DNA of 63,610 bases, counting the filler, from Nitrospinota bacterium (GTDB taxonomy: Bacteria; JAUXIQ01), in assembly GCA_030620925.1 (NCBI GenBank). It is 14 parts of 14 records of this genome, joined end to end, with 100 filler letters (N's around TTAATTAATTAA, not from the genome) between each part and the next. Parts side by side here need not be neighbours in the genome. Positions count along the whole stretch, not along the records: positions 1 to 3,353 come from JAUXIQ010000322.1; positions 3,454 to 8,200 come from JAUXIQ010000203.1; positions 8,301 to 18,521 come from JAUXIQ010000037.1; 11 more parts are not named here. The stretch is one strand, 5' to 3'. This document shows positions 1-10,053 of the stretch, in pieces. The notes beneath the pieces were generated by a model that ran no database searches, was not told where the DNA came from, and saw only the letters and a list, made by a program, of their open reading frames with translations. A program made the position numbers and the translations under genes. Within the stretch, counting starts at the first letter, position 1, and each line of letters begins with the position of its first letter.

Positions 1-1
1 C

Positions 2-193
2 TTACGCGGGGCCAGAGACGAGAGGACGGACAATATTATCACCTTCAATGCATCGGTGCGTTACAATCTTTACAAGTATTTAACCGCCCGCGCGGGGTAT
101 GACTTCGTGAACAAGAGCGTGGACCCGACGGTGCTTGATGTGAGGGAATACATGGAAAACCGGGTCACCGTTTCCCTGAACGGGACCTTCTGA
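2..193 (+). CDS. C-terminal fragment of an outer-membrane beta-barrel protein (5' truncated)
   Basis: Open frame 2..193, not in the ORF track: ...RTDNIITFNASVRYNLYKYLTARAGYDF...YMENRVTVSLNGTF*; alternating hydrophobic beta-strands and a terminal Phe. Confidence 0.75.
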   Translation, partial: LRGARDERTDNIITFNASVRYNLYKYLTARAGYDFVNKSVDPTVLDVREYMENRVTVSLNGTF

Positions 194-234
194 TTTCCTG
201 AATCGGTTGCTGATTATCTTAAAGCAGGGTTTAA

Positions 235-261
235 AAAAGGGAGGTGAGAAGCCTCCCTTTT
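235..261. terminator. Bidirectional intrinsic terminator between convergent genes
   Basis: AAAAGGGAGG-TGAGAAG-CCTCCCTTTT inverted repeat with A/T tails. Confidence 0.75.
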
Positions 262-297
262 CATTTATGTTTTTCCAGACATCCATGAGTCCCACTA

Positions 298-1503
298 TCA
301 GAGAAGCACTACCTCCACCTCCTCACCCTTTTCCAGCAGGTCCACCTGGGCGGGTATTTGGATATAACCGTCTGCGTCTGACATGCTGGTGATGGACCCC
401 GATTCCTTGAACGCGGGGTAAGCCTTCCCATCCACCACCCTTACCGTGTAGAACTGGTGGCGGCCGATGGTTGAGGTAAGCCGGCGTTCCATTGTGGCCC
501 TGACCGTCCGTTCCACCACCGGCGGGAGGTGAGCCATTCGCCTCAAGATGGGCAGCAGGATCATGTAGCCGTTGGAGAGGCAGGAGGCGGGATAGCCGGG
601 CATGCCCAGAACCAGCGTGTTCTCCACCTTCCCCAGGAGAGTGGGTTTCCCCGGTTTGACGGCGATGCCGTGGAAGAGGACTTCTCCGACCTCTTTCACC
701 ACGTCCACTATCACGTCGCGGGTGCCCACGGAGCTCCCCCCGGAAAAGATTATCATGTCATAGGAGAGGTTTTCTCTGATGGTCTTCACCATGGGTTCCA
801 TCCGGTCGTCGACCACAGGGTGCAGGTCCGCCCGGCCGCCGTGTTCGTTGATGACGGCGCCCAGGGTGTAGGAGTTTATGTTATATATCTGTCCCTCTTT
901 CAGTTTCCCTCCAGGCTCAGTTATTTCATCTCCGGTGGGGACGATCAGCATCCGCGGTTTCCTGAAAACTTCGGCCCCCGGTATCCCCAGGGCGGCCAGC
1001 GCGCCTATTTTGCTGGGGTTCAAGGCATCACCGGCATGCAGAACGGTTTCCCCGGGGGAAATGTCTTCGCCCTGTCTGGCGAGGTTTTCCCCCGGATAGA
1101 TGGGTTTATAGATGTTTATGCGGTCGCCCTCCTGTTCTGTGTCTTCCACCATCACCACCCCGTCAGCCCCTTCCGGCATCACCGCACCGGTGGCGATCTC
1201 GGAGCAGCGGCCGGAGGTGAGGGTAACCTCAGGCGTCTGGCCCGCGTATATCTTCTCCACGCAGTCGAGAACCACGGGGTTGAATTTTCCCGCCTTGAAG
1301 GTATCCTCCGCCACCACCGCATAACCGTCCATGGCCGCCCTGTCAAACGGGGGTACCGAGACGTTGGAAGTCATATCCCTGGCCAGCACCCTGCCACCCG
1401 CCTGAACGAGGTCCACTTCTTCGGTCTCTTCTATGGGCGCAGCCTGTTGATGACAGACTTCCAGTGCTTCCTCAAGTGATATCAGCGATTTTAGCGGTTT
1501 CAT
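298..1503 (-). CDS. moeA: Molybdopterin molybdo/tungsto-transferase MoeA
   Basis: PPFDRAAMDGYAV, IATGA.MPEGAD.VVM.E, SGGSSVG, KPGKP motifs. Confidence 0.95.
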   Translation of the reverse strand: MKPLKSLISLEEALEVCHQQAAPIEETEEVDLVQAGGRVLARDMTSNVSVPPFDRAAMDGYAVVAEDTFKAGKFNPVVLDCVEKIYAGQTPEVTLTSGRCSEIATGAVMPEGADGVVMVEDTEQEGDRINIYKPIYPGENLARQGEDISPGETVLHAGDALNPSKIGALAALGIPGAEVFRKPRMLIVPTGDEITEPGGKLKEGQIYNINSYTLGAVINEHGGRADLHPVVDDRMEPMVKTIRENLSYDMIIFSGGSSVGTRDVIVDVVKEVGEVLFHGIAVKPGKPTLLGKVENTLVLGMPGYPASCLSNGYMILLPILRRMAHLPPVVERTVRATMERRLTSTIGRHQFYTVRVVDGKAYPAFKESGSITSMSDADGYIQIPAQVDLLEKGEEVEVVLL

Positions 1504-1561
1504 GGGCTTCTCCTCATCTATGTCTCAGGGAATACGCCCCGGCTATTGCCCCATCAGGCCC

Positions 1562-2113
1562 TTACAGCCTGGGGAGGGTGATGTCTATCTGTTTGTCGTA
1601 TTTCCCTTTCTTGTCCTTATAGGAAAAGGTGCATACCTCGCTCCCTTCCAGGAAGAGCACCTGAGCTATCCCCTCGTTGGCGTAAATCTTGGCCGGGAGG
1701 GGGGTGGTGTTGGATACCTCCAGCGTGGCCGTCCCCTCCCATTCAGGCTCGAAAGGGGTTACGTTGACTATGATGCCGCAGCGGGCATAGGTGGACTTGC
1801 CCACACACAAGGTGAGTATGTTGCGGGGAATCCTGAAGTATTCCACCGTCCGTGCCAGGGCGAAGGAGTTGGGGGGGATGACCGCTACATCACCCTGGAA
1901 ATTCACGAAAGACCTCGAATCGAACTCCTTGGGGTCTACCGTGGTGGTGTAAACGTTGGTGAATATGTTGAACTCGTCGGCTATCCTGATATCGTAACCG
2001 TATGATGACAGCCCGTAGGAGATAACCCCGTCCCTGACCTGGCTGTCCACAAACGGTTCTATCATTCTGTGCTCGAGGGCCATTTCCTTGATCCACGCGT
2101 CATTTTTTAACAT
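1562..2113 (-). CDS. dcd: dCTP deaminase
   Basis: [35 protein letters not shown] motifs. Confidence 0.97.
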   Translation of the reverse strand: MLKNDAWIKEMALEHRMIEPFVDSQVRDGVISYGLSSYGYDIRIADEFNIFTNVYTTTVDPKEFDSRSFVNFQGDVAVIPPNSFALARTVEYFRIPRNILTLCVGKSTYARCGIIVNVTPFEPEWEGTATLEVSNTTPLPAKIYANEGIAQVLFLEGSEVCTFSYKDKKGKYDKQIDITLPRL

Positions 2114-3353
2114 CGTTCCTCCTCTGAGTTCAACCCCGTCTTCAGCACCTCACTGAGATGAACCACCCTGGCGTCTATCCTATGTTTTTTCATGCCGTAA
2201 CGCAATTGCGCCATGCAGGCCGGGCAGCTCGTCACCAAAAACTTCGCCCCCGTTCGGGAAAAATTGTCCATCTTGCGTTCAAGTATATTATCTGCTCTCT
2301 GGGGATGGAGAACCGTATAGACGCCGGCGCCGCCGCAGCACCAGTCCGCCTCGTCCATCTCGATCAATTCCACTCCCGGGATGGATGCGAGTATTTCCCG
2401 CGGCTGTCGGACTATCCCCTGGTAGCGGCTGAGGTGGCAGGGGTCGTGATAGCTCACGGTCATGACCGGTCGGCCCTGAGACGCCTCTTTTCCTCTAAAG
2501 CCTTCTCTGGCCTGAATGAGCTCGTTGAGGTCTACTATTTTATCCTGCAAGTCCGCCACTTTCTGAAGGTATTGAGGCTCATCCGCCATCAACTCAGCGT
2601 ATTTCTTGAGAAAAGAGGAGCAGCTTGCACATTCGGTGACTATCCACCTCGATTCCAGGCCCACCATGAGGTCTATGTTTTTCCGGGCCAGGATCAACGC
2701 GGCTTCCACATCTCCGTGGCTGTAGGGGGGCAATCCGCAGCATAGATTGTCCAGGACGTGCACCGATAGCCCCAGGGCGTTCAGGCATTGCAGCGTAGCC
2801 AGCCCCACCCCTGGCAGGGCGTAATTGAAGCCGCAGCCGAGGAAATAGGCCGCATCCGTCCCCCACTTGATTTCGGGGTGAGAGCCGTTTTTTATCGTCT
2901 GGCGCAGGAATTTATGGGGTAAGCCGTCGGTCATACGTCCGGCCCTGGATATCTGTTTGCCGAACCAGCCGAAATAGCCGGGAAATTCGGCGAGTTTCGA
3001 AATGCCGATCCGCTTGCCCAGGAAGGCGAGCTTCACCGCCCTGTCCATGGCCGACCTATTGGGAAGCAGCTCTCTGAAGATGTAGCGCTGCAGTTGAGGC
3101 TGCCCGTATTTTTGCACGTACGCCTCTCGGGCGGCGACCATTATCCTGTCCGTCTCCACGGCGGGGAAACAGTTGGCAGTGCATGCCCGGCAGAGGAGGC
3201 AATCGAAGATGGGGTCGCGCAGCTCGGCGACCAGCTCCTTCTGCTCTTCTATGATGCTCCGCACGTGGGCATTATGTCCCCGTGCCGCCGATGTTTCCAC
3301 CCCGGTGGCCCGATAGACCGGACAACTGCTCTGGCAGAACCCACACCGGTTGC
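2107..3353 (-). CDS. GlcF-like (Fe-S)-binding protein with CCG domains (5' truncated)
   Basis: Frame extends to the contig edge: (C)[13 protein letters not shown]; also [11 protein letters not shown], two CCG motifs and YHDPCHL. Confidence 0.88.
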
Positions 3354-3453
3354 NNNNNNNNNNNNNNNNNNNNNNNNNNNNNNNNNNNNNNNNNNNNTTA
3401 ATTAATTAANNNNNNNNNNNNNNNNNNNNNNNNNNNNNNNNNNNNNNNNNNNN
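3354..3453. other. Artificial contig spacer; identical spacers at 8201, 18522, 21525, 26461, 29154, 31862, 34722, 38060, 46834, 50578, 53224 and 60944
   Basis: 100-bp N run with a central TTAATTAATTAA (stops in all six frames), repeated 13 times. Confidence 0.99.
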
Positions 3454-3454
3454 G

Positions 3455-4249
3455 GTCAGGATGGTGCTGGTGGACACCGGAAAGCAAATTATGCCCAGTA
3501 TCCCTCAGAAACTTGCCGCATACGCCCATAAATGCCTGACTAGTCGCGGCATCGAAGTGAAGCTGGAGACGGTCATCACCTCTGCGTCAGCCGGTGACGT
3601 GGAACTGCAGGATGGAAACCGTATCTCCACCCGCACCCTTGTCTGGACTGCCGGTGTTTCCTCAAATCCGCTGCTGGCTGGTCTCCCCTGCGGAAAAGAG
3701 AGAGGCAAAATTGTGGTGAACGATTATCTGGAGGTTCCTGAATATCCGGGGGTTTGGGCAATAGGAGACTGCTCCCATGCAATTGACCCCAAGACAGGCC
3801 GCCCATACCCCGCCGTGGCACAGCACGCAGTGAGACAGGGTAAACACGCAGCAGAGAATATCATCGCAGCGCTGCGCGGCCGAACCAAGAAACCCTTCCT
3901 TTTCTCTTCCCCCGGGCAGCTCGTCCCGCTGGGGCGTCGGTCGGCTATAGCTGAAATCTTCGGTCTTAAATTTCGTGGGTTCTTAGCATGGTGGCTATGG
4001 CGGACTATCTATCTTAGTAAGTTGCCGGGGCTGGAGAGAAAAACGAGGGTGGCCCTCGATTGGACCCTTGACCTGTTCTTCCCCAAAGACATCGTTCTCC
4101 TCAAAACCATGCTAAAAACTAATCGTGAGAGAGTCAAAGTCCAGGAGGATACCGAAAAGAAGGTAAACACCGGCACCCTGTTCGGAGCCGGACAAAAAAG
4201 TTCCTATACCATAAGGGCGGCGGACGCAGATCAGTCTGAAATGAAGTGA
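3455..4249 (+). CDS. ndh: Type II NADH dehydrogenase-like FAD oxidoreductase (5' truncated)
   Basis: LVWTAGV, WAIGD, AQHAVRQG, GFLAWWLWRTIYL motifs. Confidence 0.88.
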   Translation, partial: VRMVLVDTGKQIMPSIPQKLAAYAHKCLTSRGIEVKLETVITSASAGDVELQDGNRISTRTLVWTAGVSSNPLLAGLPCGKERGKIVVNDYLEVPEYPGVWAIGDCSHAIDPKTGRPYPAVAQHAVRQGKHAAENIIAALRGRTKKPFLFSSPGQLVPLGRRSAIAEIFGLKFRGFLAWWLWRTIYLSKLPGLERKTRVALDWTLDLFFPKDIVLLKTMLKTNRERVKVQEDTEKKVNTGTLFGAGQKSSYTIRAADADQSEMK

Positions 4250-5028
4250 AGAAGCGTCCGGTTGAATTCATCCGCTCTTTCGATATTGAACAGGTGTCCG
4301 CCCTCATCAAAAATACTCAACCGGGAGTCGGGTATCCTCTCCGCCAGCATCTCCGAATTCTCCGGCGGGACCAGGACGTCCCCCCGGGCCGCCATTATCA
4401 GGGTGGGAAGTTCCAACTGCGGCAGCTTATGGTAAGAATCGAACCCCATTACCGCCTGAAGCTGGCCGTTAAAGGAATGGTAAGTCTGCCTGGGATAATT
4501 CAGCTTGTCCTGCACGTACTTTTCCACCTCCTCAGGCCGCTCCCTGATGAACCCCTCGGTGAAAAGGATGGGCAAGGCTTTCCTTATTATCTCTTCATAG
4601 GTGAGGCCGGCGACGTCGGTGAGGGCGTCCATGACCTCCTGCTCAGCCTGCACGGAGCGATCAGGGCCGCAATGTGTAGCACAAAGGGCCAGCCGCCGGA
4701 CTCGCGAGGGATGGCTGATGGCTACCTCCTGGGCGATCATGCCCCCCATGGACAAGCCCACAACGTTCGCACTCTCAACATCGAGATGATCCATCAACCC
4801 CACCGCATCCTCCGCGAAGCGGCTGATGGAATAACCGTCCCTTGGCTTGTCTGTCTTCCCCGCGCCGCGATTGTCGAGGACAACGGTCCGAAAACGTGTT
4901 GAAAAGAAGGGCACCTGAAGACGCCAATCCATGTGCACGCTGGCAAAACCGGTTATGAAAACCAGCGCCTCTCCGCTCCCCGACTCTTCGTAATATATCC
5001 CAACATCATCGACTTGCGCTTTAGGCAT
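4231..5028 (-). CDS. Alpha/beta-fold hydrolase
   Basis: DNRGAG, GLSMGG nucleophile elbow, D..VP and GH catalytic motifs; start MPKAQV after an SD-like GAGGAG. Confidence 0.9.
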   Translation of the reverse strand: MPKAQVDDVGIYYEESGSGEALVFITGFASVHMDWRLQVPFFSTRFRTVVLDNRGAGKTDKPRDGYSISRFAEDAVGLMDHLDVESANVVGLSMGGMIAQEVAISHPSRVRRLALCATHCGPDRSVQAEQEVMDALTDVAGLTYEEIIRKALPILFTEGFIRERPEEVEKYVQDKLNYPRQTYHSFNGQLQAVMGFDSYHKLPQLELPTLIMAARGDVLVPPENSEMLAERIPDSRLSIFDEGGHLFNIERADEFNRTLLHFISD

Positions 5029-5273
5029 ACTCCGCTCCTCTCGCGTTTCATGAATCCCCCGGGGAAGCCACCGAGATGGAAAGACAGGCCACAATATATT
5101 AGCATAAAAGCCCCTATATGTTGGGATGGTAAAATGGGCATTGATAAAAAGTAGAGAATATGAGAGATATATCCATGATGCTCTCCGGCTTAAAGCATCG
5201 TAAATGCCGTTAAACCAAGACCGGGGCGGGCGCGGCCTGACCGCCGTGAGACCCGCTGAAGGGAGGAACCGAG

Positions 5274-5675
5274 ATGAGAAAAGACATAATACCTTTTACC
5301 GCTGACCTGGGCACCGAAGTTGCGTTCTCGAATGCCATAAAAGTGGAGAAGAAAGACCTCTCCAGCCTGTTGTTTATCTCCGGCCATGCTTCCATCGACG
5401 AAAAAGGCAACCTTGTGGGCAAGGGGGATATCAAGGCTCAGACCAGGCAGACCCTGGAAAACATGAAGTCGACGCTCATTAAATTGGGAGCCGATATGGA
5501 CGACGTAGTCAAAGTCACCGTATTTGTCACCGACATGAGCCAATTCAACGAAATACACGAGGTGCGCAGAGAATTTTTCAAAAAGGATAACTATCCGGCC
5601 AGCACTATCGTAGAGATTAACCGGCTGGCAAACGACGACCTCTTGATAGAAATCGAAGCCACAGCAGTGATCTGA
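5274..5675 (+). CDS. RidA/YjgF family protein
   Basis: FISG, Q..Q.LEN, DVVKVTVF, PAST.VEI..L, IEIEATA; SD GGAGG. Confidence 0.92.
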   Translation: MRKDIIPFTADLGTEVAFSNAIKVEKKDLSSLLFISGHASIDEKGNLVGKGDIKAQTRQTLENMKSTLIKLGADMDDVVKVTVFVTDMSQFNEIHEVRREFFKKDNYPASTIVEINRLANDDLLIEIEATAVI

Positions 5676-5715
5676 GACGGGACGTCGATTTCATAGTCAC
5701 ACTATCGGGGCATGA

Positions 5716-5737
5716 GGGCGGCATTATGCCGCCCCTA
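5716..5737. repeat. REP-like palindrome
   Basis: GGGCGGCAT-T-ATGCCGCCC followed by CTA. Confidence 0.55.
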
Positions 5738-5804
5738 TGAATAATATTGTCCCAAAGCGCTTACAGAAAGGCATGAGACAGCCTCTCCGAGGAATCAGCG
5801 ACCC

Positions 5805-7082
5805 ATGAGCTATCCCAGGATGGTAAAAATAAAGCAAGAATTTCCTAACACACGGCTGCCCGACGTAGCCCGGTCAGTTAAGGAAGAGCTCAGTCGCGTC
5901 AACCTGCAGGGACTGGTTAGTCCGGGCTGGGAGATAGCCATTGCCGCTTCCGCCAGAGGCATACGAGACCAGGCGGTGGTGATTAAATCGCTGGTGGAAG
6001 AGCTTCAAGCGCTCGGCGCCAAGCCCTTCATATTCCCGGCCATGGGTTCCCACGGCGGCGCCACGGCCGAAGGCCAGGCCACTTTTCTCAAAGGATATAA
6101 CATTACTGAAGAACTCCTGGGAGTCCCCGTGCGTTCCTCCATCGAAGCGGACCTGATAGGGACCTCAGAGCGGGGAGTACCCGTCTATGCAGACGGACAT
6201 GCCTGTAAGGCCCGCGGAATAATCCTGGTAAACAGGATAAAGGCCCATATAGACTTTGACGGCCCCCAGGAAAGCGGACTTTTCAAAATGATAACCGCCG
6301 GCCTCGGAAAACCCATAGGAGTGAAAAACTTCCACCTCTATGCATCTAAATACGGCTACCACAGCGTGATGCTGGAGATCGCCCGTTTCGCCCTTGAGCG
6401 GCTCCCGATAATATTAGGATTGGGAATAGTTGAAAACGCCCACGGCGAAACGGAAACGGTCAGAGCGCTGACAGCAGATGAAATAAATGAAGGTACTATC
6501 GAAGCAGAGCTGCTGAAGCGGGCGAAAGAGAACATGGCAAGGCTGCCATTAGAAGATATAGACCTCCTGATAGTCGATGAAATAGGCAAGGATATAGCCG
6601 GCTCAGGCCTGGACACCAACGTCATCGGAAGAAAAGGAGAAATTCACAACTGGCACAACCAGAAACCGAGTATAAAAAGGATAATCGTTCGCGGCCTCAC
6701 AGAGAAGACACAGGGAAACGCTTTAGGCATGGGCTACGCCGATTTCAGCACCGGTAAACTCGTAGACAGGATAGACCACCACCAGACTTACATTAACGCC
6801 ATCACCGCGCACGCACCTCACGAGGCGAAGATACCCTTGATTATGGAAAATGAAAAGAGCGCCGTAGATGCAGCTCTGAGCAGCGGCGGCGTCCACAAAC
6901 CTGAGGAAGCGCGAGTAGTGCGAATAAAGAACACCCTCGAACTATCCCTGTTCGAGTCCTCGGAGGCCTGCCTCCACGAGCTGGCAGGCAAAGATAACAT
7001 TCAAATAGTTGAAGAACTTGGGGAAATACAATTCGACGGGGAAGAAAACCTCCTTCCCATTTTTCAAAGGAAAAGAGTCTGA
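5805..7082 (+). CDS. Lactate-racemase N-terminal domain (DUF2088/LarA-like) protein
   Basis: PAMGSHGGATAEGQ, NRIKAH, SGL.KM...GLGK, GK.IAG.GLDTNVIGR. Confidence 0.8.
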   Translation: MSYPRMVKIKQEFPNTRLPDVARSVKEELSRVNLQGLVSPGWEIAIAASARGIRDQAVVIKSLVEELQALGAKPFIFPAMGSHGGATAEGQATFLKGYNITEELLGVPVRSSIEADLIGTSERGVPVYADGHACKARGIILVNRIKAHIDFDGPQESGLFKMITAGLGKPIGVKNFHLYASKYGYHSVMLEIARFALERLPIILGLGIVENAHGETETVRALTADEINEGTIEAELLKRAKENMARLPLEDIDLLIVDEIGKDIAGSGLDTNVIGRKGEIHNWHNQKPSIKRIIVRGLTEKTQGNALGMGYADFSTGKLVDRIDHHQTYINAITAHAPHEAKIPLIMENEKSAVDAALSSGGVHKPEEARVVRIKNTLELSLFESSEACLHELAGKDNIQIVEELGEIQFDGEENLLPIFQRKRV

Positions 7083-7111
7083 GCGTCCCAAAGGTGAGTA
7101 GTGCGGTTTTT

Positions 7112-8182
7112 TCAAAATGAAGAAGCGTCTATTATGGCGTCCACTGCGGGTCCAATGGCCTTTATTATACTTTCCCGGACGTTTTCATCAGTCCTCATGA
7201 TTTTGTTCAGAATTTCAAATAGCTGCGGGTTTGCCTCCTTCAACAACAACAGCGACCCCTCAGTAGAAGGATGTCCACCGTAACGGAGGCGTTCCAGCTC
7301 AAGTAGATACCCCTCCTTGGTGGGCTCCCCCCCCGTACCCCGCAGCTCGACCTTTTTGAGATACTCCAGCTCCTCTTCCCTCACCTGGAAGTCATGGAAG
7401 GTATCTTGATCGTAAATGAGTTCCTTCAGTCCCCCCGGAAACTCATAGAAACCGCTGTCCCCCATAGCGCGTTCACGCAATTGCTCTACAGCTTCCCAGG
7501 GTGTTCGGGTAAGGCCCTCACTCGCCCTCTCATCGCTGGGCTTCAAACGGTAGACCCGTATATTCTCAGACGAATCATCCAGGGAGATTTTCAGTATTAC
7601 CTCATTCATCCCCCTCTCATAAGACCAGTCTTTAAGTATGGAAAGTAATGAAAAAACGCGGCCATCGGGGCCCCGTTCTTCATCCTCGAATATCTCCAGC
7701 ATCCTGATGAAAGTGCGCCCGCTTTCAGCGTTCTTCACTTCCTCAATCATAGCGCCTGCCAACCGGTGTCGCCAATCCTCTTGAGCCAGCAGATCATCGG
7801 CCAGCGCGTTAATCCAGTAATCGAGCAGGAACTCACAGACCAAACCCTCTACCGAGCTGAAGCTGCTCCCCAAAAGTTCCTTTCTGAGCTCTTCCGAAGA
7901 AGTATGGGCGCGCAAATAGTCCCTGATCCGGGGATATACAGGCTCAGCGGCCTCGTAGAGATTATGAAACTCGTCGGGTAAAAATTCCCTCATCGCTTGC
8001 TCTTTGATTCCCAGGCGTGTCATTATTCTTAATAAAGCCCGGGGGCCGGGCTCTCGCCTCTTACGCTCTATCATCCCCAGGTAGGTCTCTGAAAACCCGC
8101 AGTGCAGGGAAGCTTCCCCCTGGTTCATCCCTAATTTATTCCTGGCCTCAATTATCAATTCGGCTAACTTGTCCTGGTCCAA
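7112..8182 (-). CDS. XRE-family HTH transcriptional regulator with a long insert and a DdrO-like C-terminal segment
   Basis: N-terminal AR.KLGMNQ...CGFSETYLGMIERKRREP HTH; TTG start 18 nt from the contig edge, so it may extend further. Confidence 0.8.
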   Translation of the reverse strand: MDQDKLAELIIEARNKLGMNQGEASLHCGFSETYLGMIERKRREPGPRALLRIMTRLGIKEQAMREFLPDEFHNLYEAAEPVYPRIRDYLRAHTSSEELRKELLGSSFSSVEGLVCEFLLDYWINALADDLLAQEDWRHRLAGAMIEEVKNAESGRTFIRMLEIFEDEERGPDGRVFSLLSILKDWSYERGMNEVILKISLDDSSENIRVYRLKPSDERASEGLTRTPWEAVEQLRERAMGDSGFYEFPGGLKELIYDQDTFHDFQVREEELEYLKKVELRGTGGEPTKEGYLLELERLRYGGHPSTEGSLLLLKEANPQLFEILNKIMRTDENVRESIIKAIGPAVDAIIDASSF

Positions 8183-8301
8183 AACAACACCCGTTTCTAA
8201 NNNNNNNNNNNNNNNNNNNNNNNNNNNNNNNNNNNNNNNNNNNNTTAATTAATTAANNNNNNNNNNNNNNNNNNNNNNNNNNNNNNNNNNNNNNNNNNNN
8301 G

Positions 8302-8565
8302 GCCAGCCGCACTTTCTCCATCACCAACCTGGGGGCCTTCGGGGTGGAGATTTTCACCCCCATCGTTAATTTTCCGGATAATGCCATCCTGGGAATCGGT
8401 AAGATAACCCGGAAACCGGTAGTGATTGGAGAAGATATCGCCGTTCGTTCGATGATATATTTGTCCCTGGTATTCAACCACAAAGTGGTGGATGGGGTCC
8501 CTGCAGCGAAATTTTTGAATAGAGTGAAAGAAATTCTGGAGAACCCCGAGAGTTTGAAATCATGA
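8302..8565 (+). CDS. 2-oxo-acid dehydrogenase E2 acyltransferase, C-terminal fragment
   Basis: TFSITNLG.FG...FTPIVN.P..AILG.G and LSL.FNHKVVDG. Confidence 0.9.
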   Translation, partial: ASRTFSITNLGAFGVEIFTPIVNFPDNAILGIGKITRKPVVIGEDIAVRSMIYLSLVFNHKVVDGVPAAKFLNRVKEILENPESLKS

Positions 8566-8584
8566 AAGAAAAGGGGGTGTTGTT

Positions 8585-9388
8585 ATGATGAGGCTGGAGG
8601 GAAAGGTCGCTCTGGTAACAGGGGGCGCGTCGGGCATAGGAAGAGGCATAGTTCTTTGCCTTGCAGAAGATGGCGCGGATATTGTAATCGTGGATATTGA
8701 TTTAAAAAATGCGGCCGAGGTGGCCAAGGAGGTCGAAAAGCTGGACAGAAAGGTCCTGGTGCTGGAAGCGGACGTCAGCAAAACCCGCGACGTTGAGAAT
8801 ATGGCGAAGAAGGCATTATCTACTTTCGAGCAAATAGATATCCTGGTTAATAACGCTGGAGTAGTCGGTCAATGGGCGGGACGGCCGTTCACAAACCTGA
8901 CCGTTGAGGATTGGGATAAATGCTATGAGGTTAATCTCAAGGCCATCTTCCTGGTAACCAAAGCCCTGGCTCCACAAATGATGGAGCGCAAGAGCGGAAA
9001 GATAATTAACGTGGCCTCGATAGCGGGCAGAAGCGGCGGGGATTTGATACCCCACTATTCAGCCTCCAAGGCGGGAGCCATCAACATTACCCAATCCCTT
9101 GCGCTTGAGCTGGCCAGCGATAACATCAACGTAAATGCAGTGTGCCCCGGTCTGCTATGGACACCCATGTGGGATCTGCTCGCCCGGAACATCATGAAGG
9201 ACGACCCGGCCTATGAAGGCAAGACGCCGCGTGAAGTTTTCGATCTGGTGATAAAAAGGATTACTCCGCTTAAAAGGGAACAGACGCCCGGGGATATAGG
9301 GAAACTGATCTGTTTCCTGGCCTCGGAAGACGCCCGCAACATCACCGGCCAGGCCATAAACGTTGACGGTGGAGCCAGGATGCACTGA
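8585..9388 (+). CDS. SDR family NAD(P)-dependent oxidoreductase
   Basis: TGGASGIG, NNAG, YSASK, VNAVCPG. Confidence 0.95.
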   Translation: MMRLEGKVALVTGGASGIGRGIVLCLAEDGADIVIVDIDLKNAAEVAKEVEKLDRKVLVLEADVSKTRDVENMAKKALSTFEQIDILVNNAGVVGQWAGRPFTNLTVEDWDKCYEVNLKAIFLVTKALAPQMMERKSGKIINVASIAGRSGGDLIPHYSASKAGAINITQSLALELASDNINVNAVCPGLLWTPMWDLLARNIMKDDPAYEGKTPREVFDLVIKRITPLKREQTPGDIGKLICFLASEDARNITGQAINVDGGARMH

Positions 9389-9400
9389 GGGTGGAGGGTA

Positions 9401-9994
9401 ATGACCGGTGTGATAATGGCCGGAGGGATGAACAGACGCTTCGGCTCGGACAAAGCGTTCATACGGTTGGGGGGGAAATACCTCATAGAGCACATAATCG
9501 ATGCCCTGAGGGGAGTGTTCGATGAGGTAGTCATCGTCACCAATTCGACCACTAAATATCAGCAACTCGGCTGCACCCTGTTGCAGGATATCTTCCCGGG
9601 TAAAGGCTGCCTGGGAGGATTGTACACCGGCTTGAAGCACTCCCTGGATGGCAGGGTCTTCGCCGTGGCCTGCGATATGCCCTTTCTCAACAAGGAGTTC
9701 GTTGAGTATATGCTCGGCCCGTTTCAGGGTTACGATATAGTCATCCCCCGCTACGATGCCCTTCAGCCCATGCACGCCGTATATTCGGCAGGCTGTTTAC
9801 CCCACATGGAAGAACTCATGCGTGAGGGCAACCTTAAAATACTGGACTTCTTCGATAAAGTGCGCATCAAAGAGATAGGCCCTGAAGAGGTCGCCCGGTT
9901 CGATCCGCAGGGCCTGATGTTTTACAACATCAACACCCCTGAAGACCTGAAAGAAGCTGAAAAGTTGTACTCCAGGATACACCCTATTTCCTGA
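9401..9994 (+). CDS. mobA: Molybdenum cofactor guanylyltransferase
   Basis: [28 protein letters not shown]. Confidence 0.93.
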   Translation: MTGVIMAGGMNRRFGSDKAFIRLGGKYLIEHIIDALRGVFDEVVIVTNSTTKYQQLGCTLLQDIFPGKGCLGGLYTGLKHSLDGRVFAVACDMPFLNKEFVEYMLGPFQGYDIVIPRYDALQPMHAVYSAGCLPHMEELMREGNLKILDFFDKVRIKEIGPEEVARFDPQGLMFYNINTPEDLKEAEKLYSRIHPIS

Positions 9995-10053
9995 ACAGCA
10001 ATAATATTTGCGTGGTTGAAGCTGACCTGTCGCCGCAGTTGAGGATACCGAGG

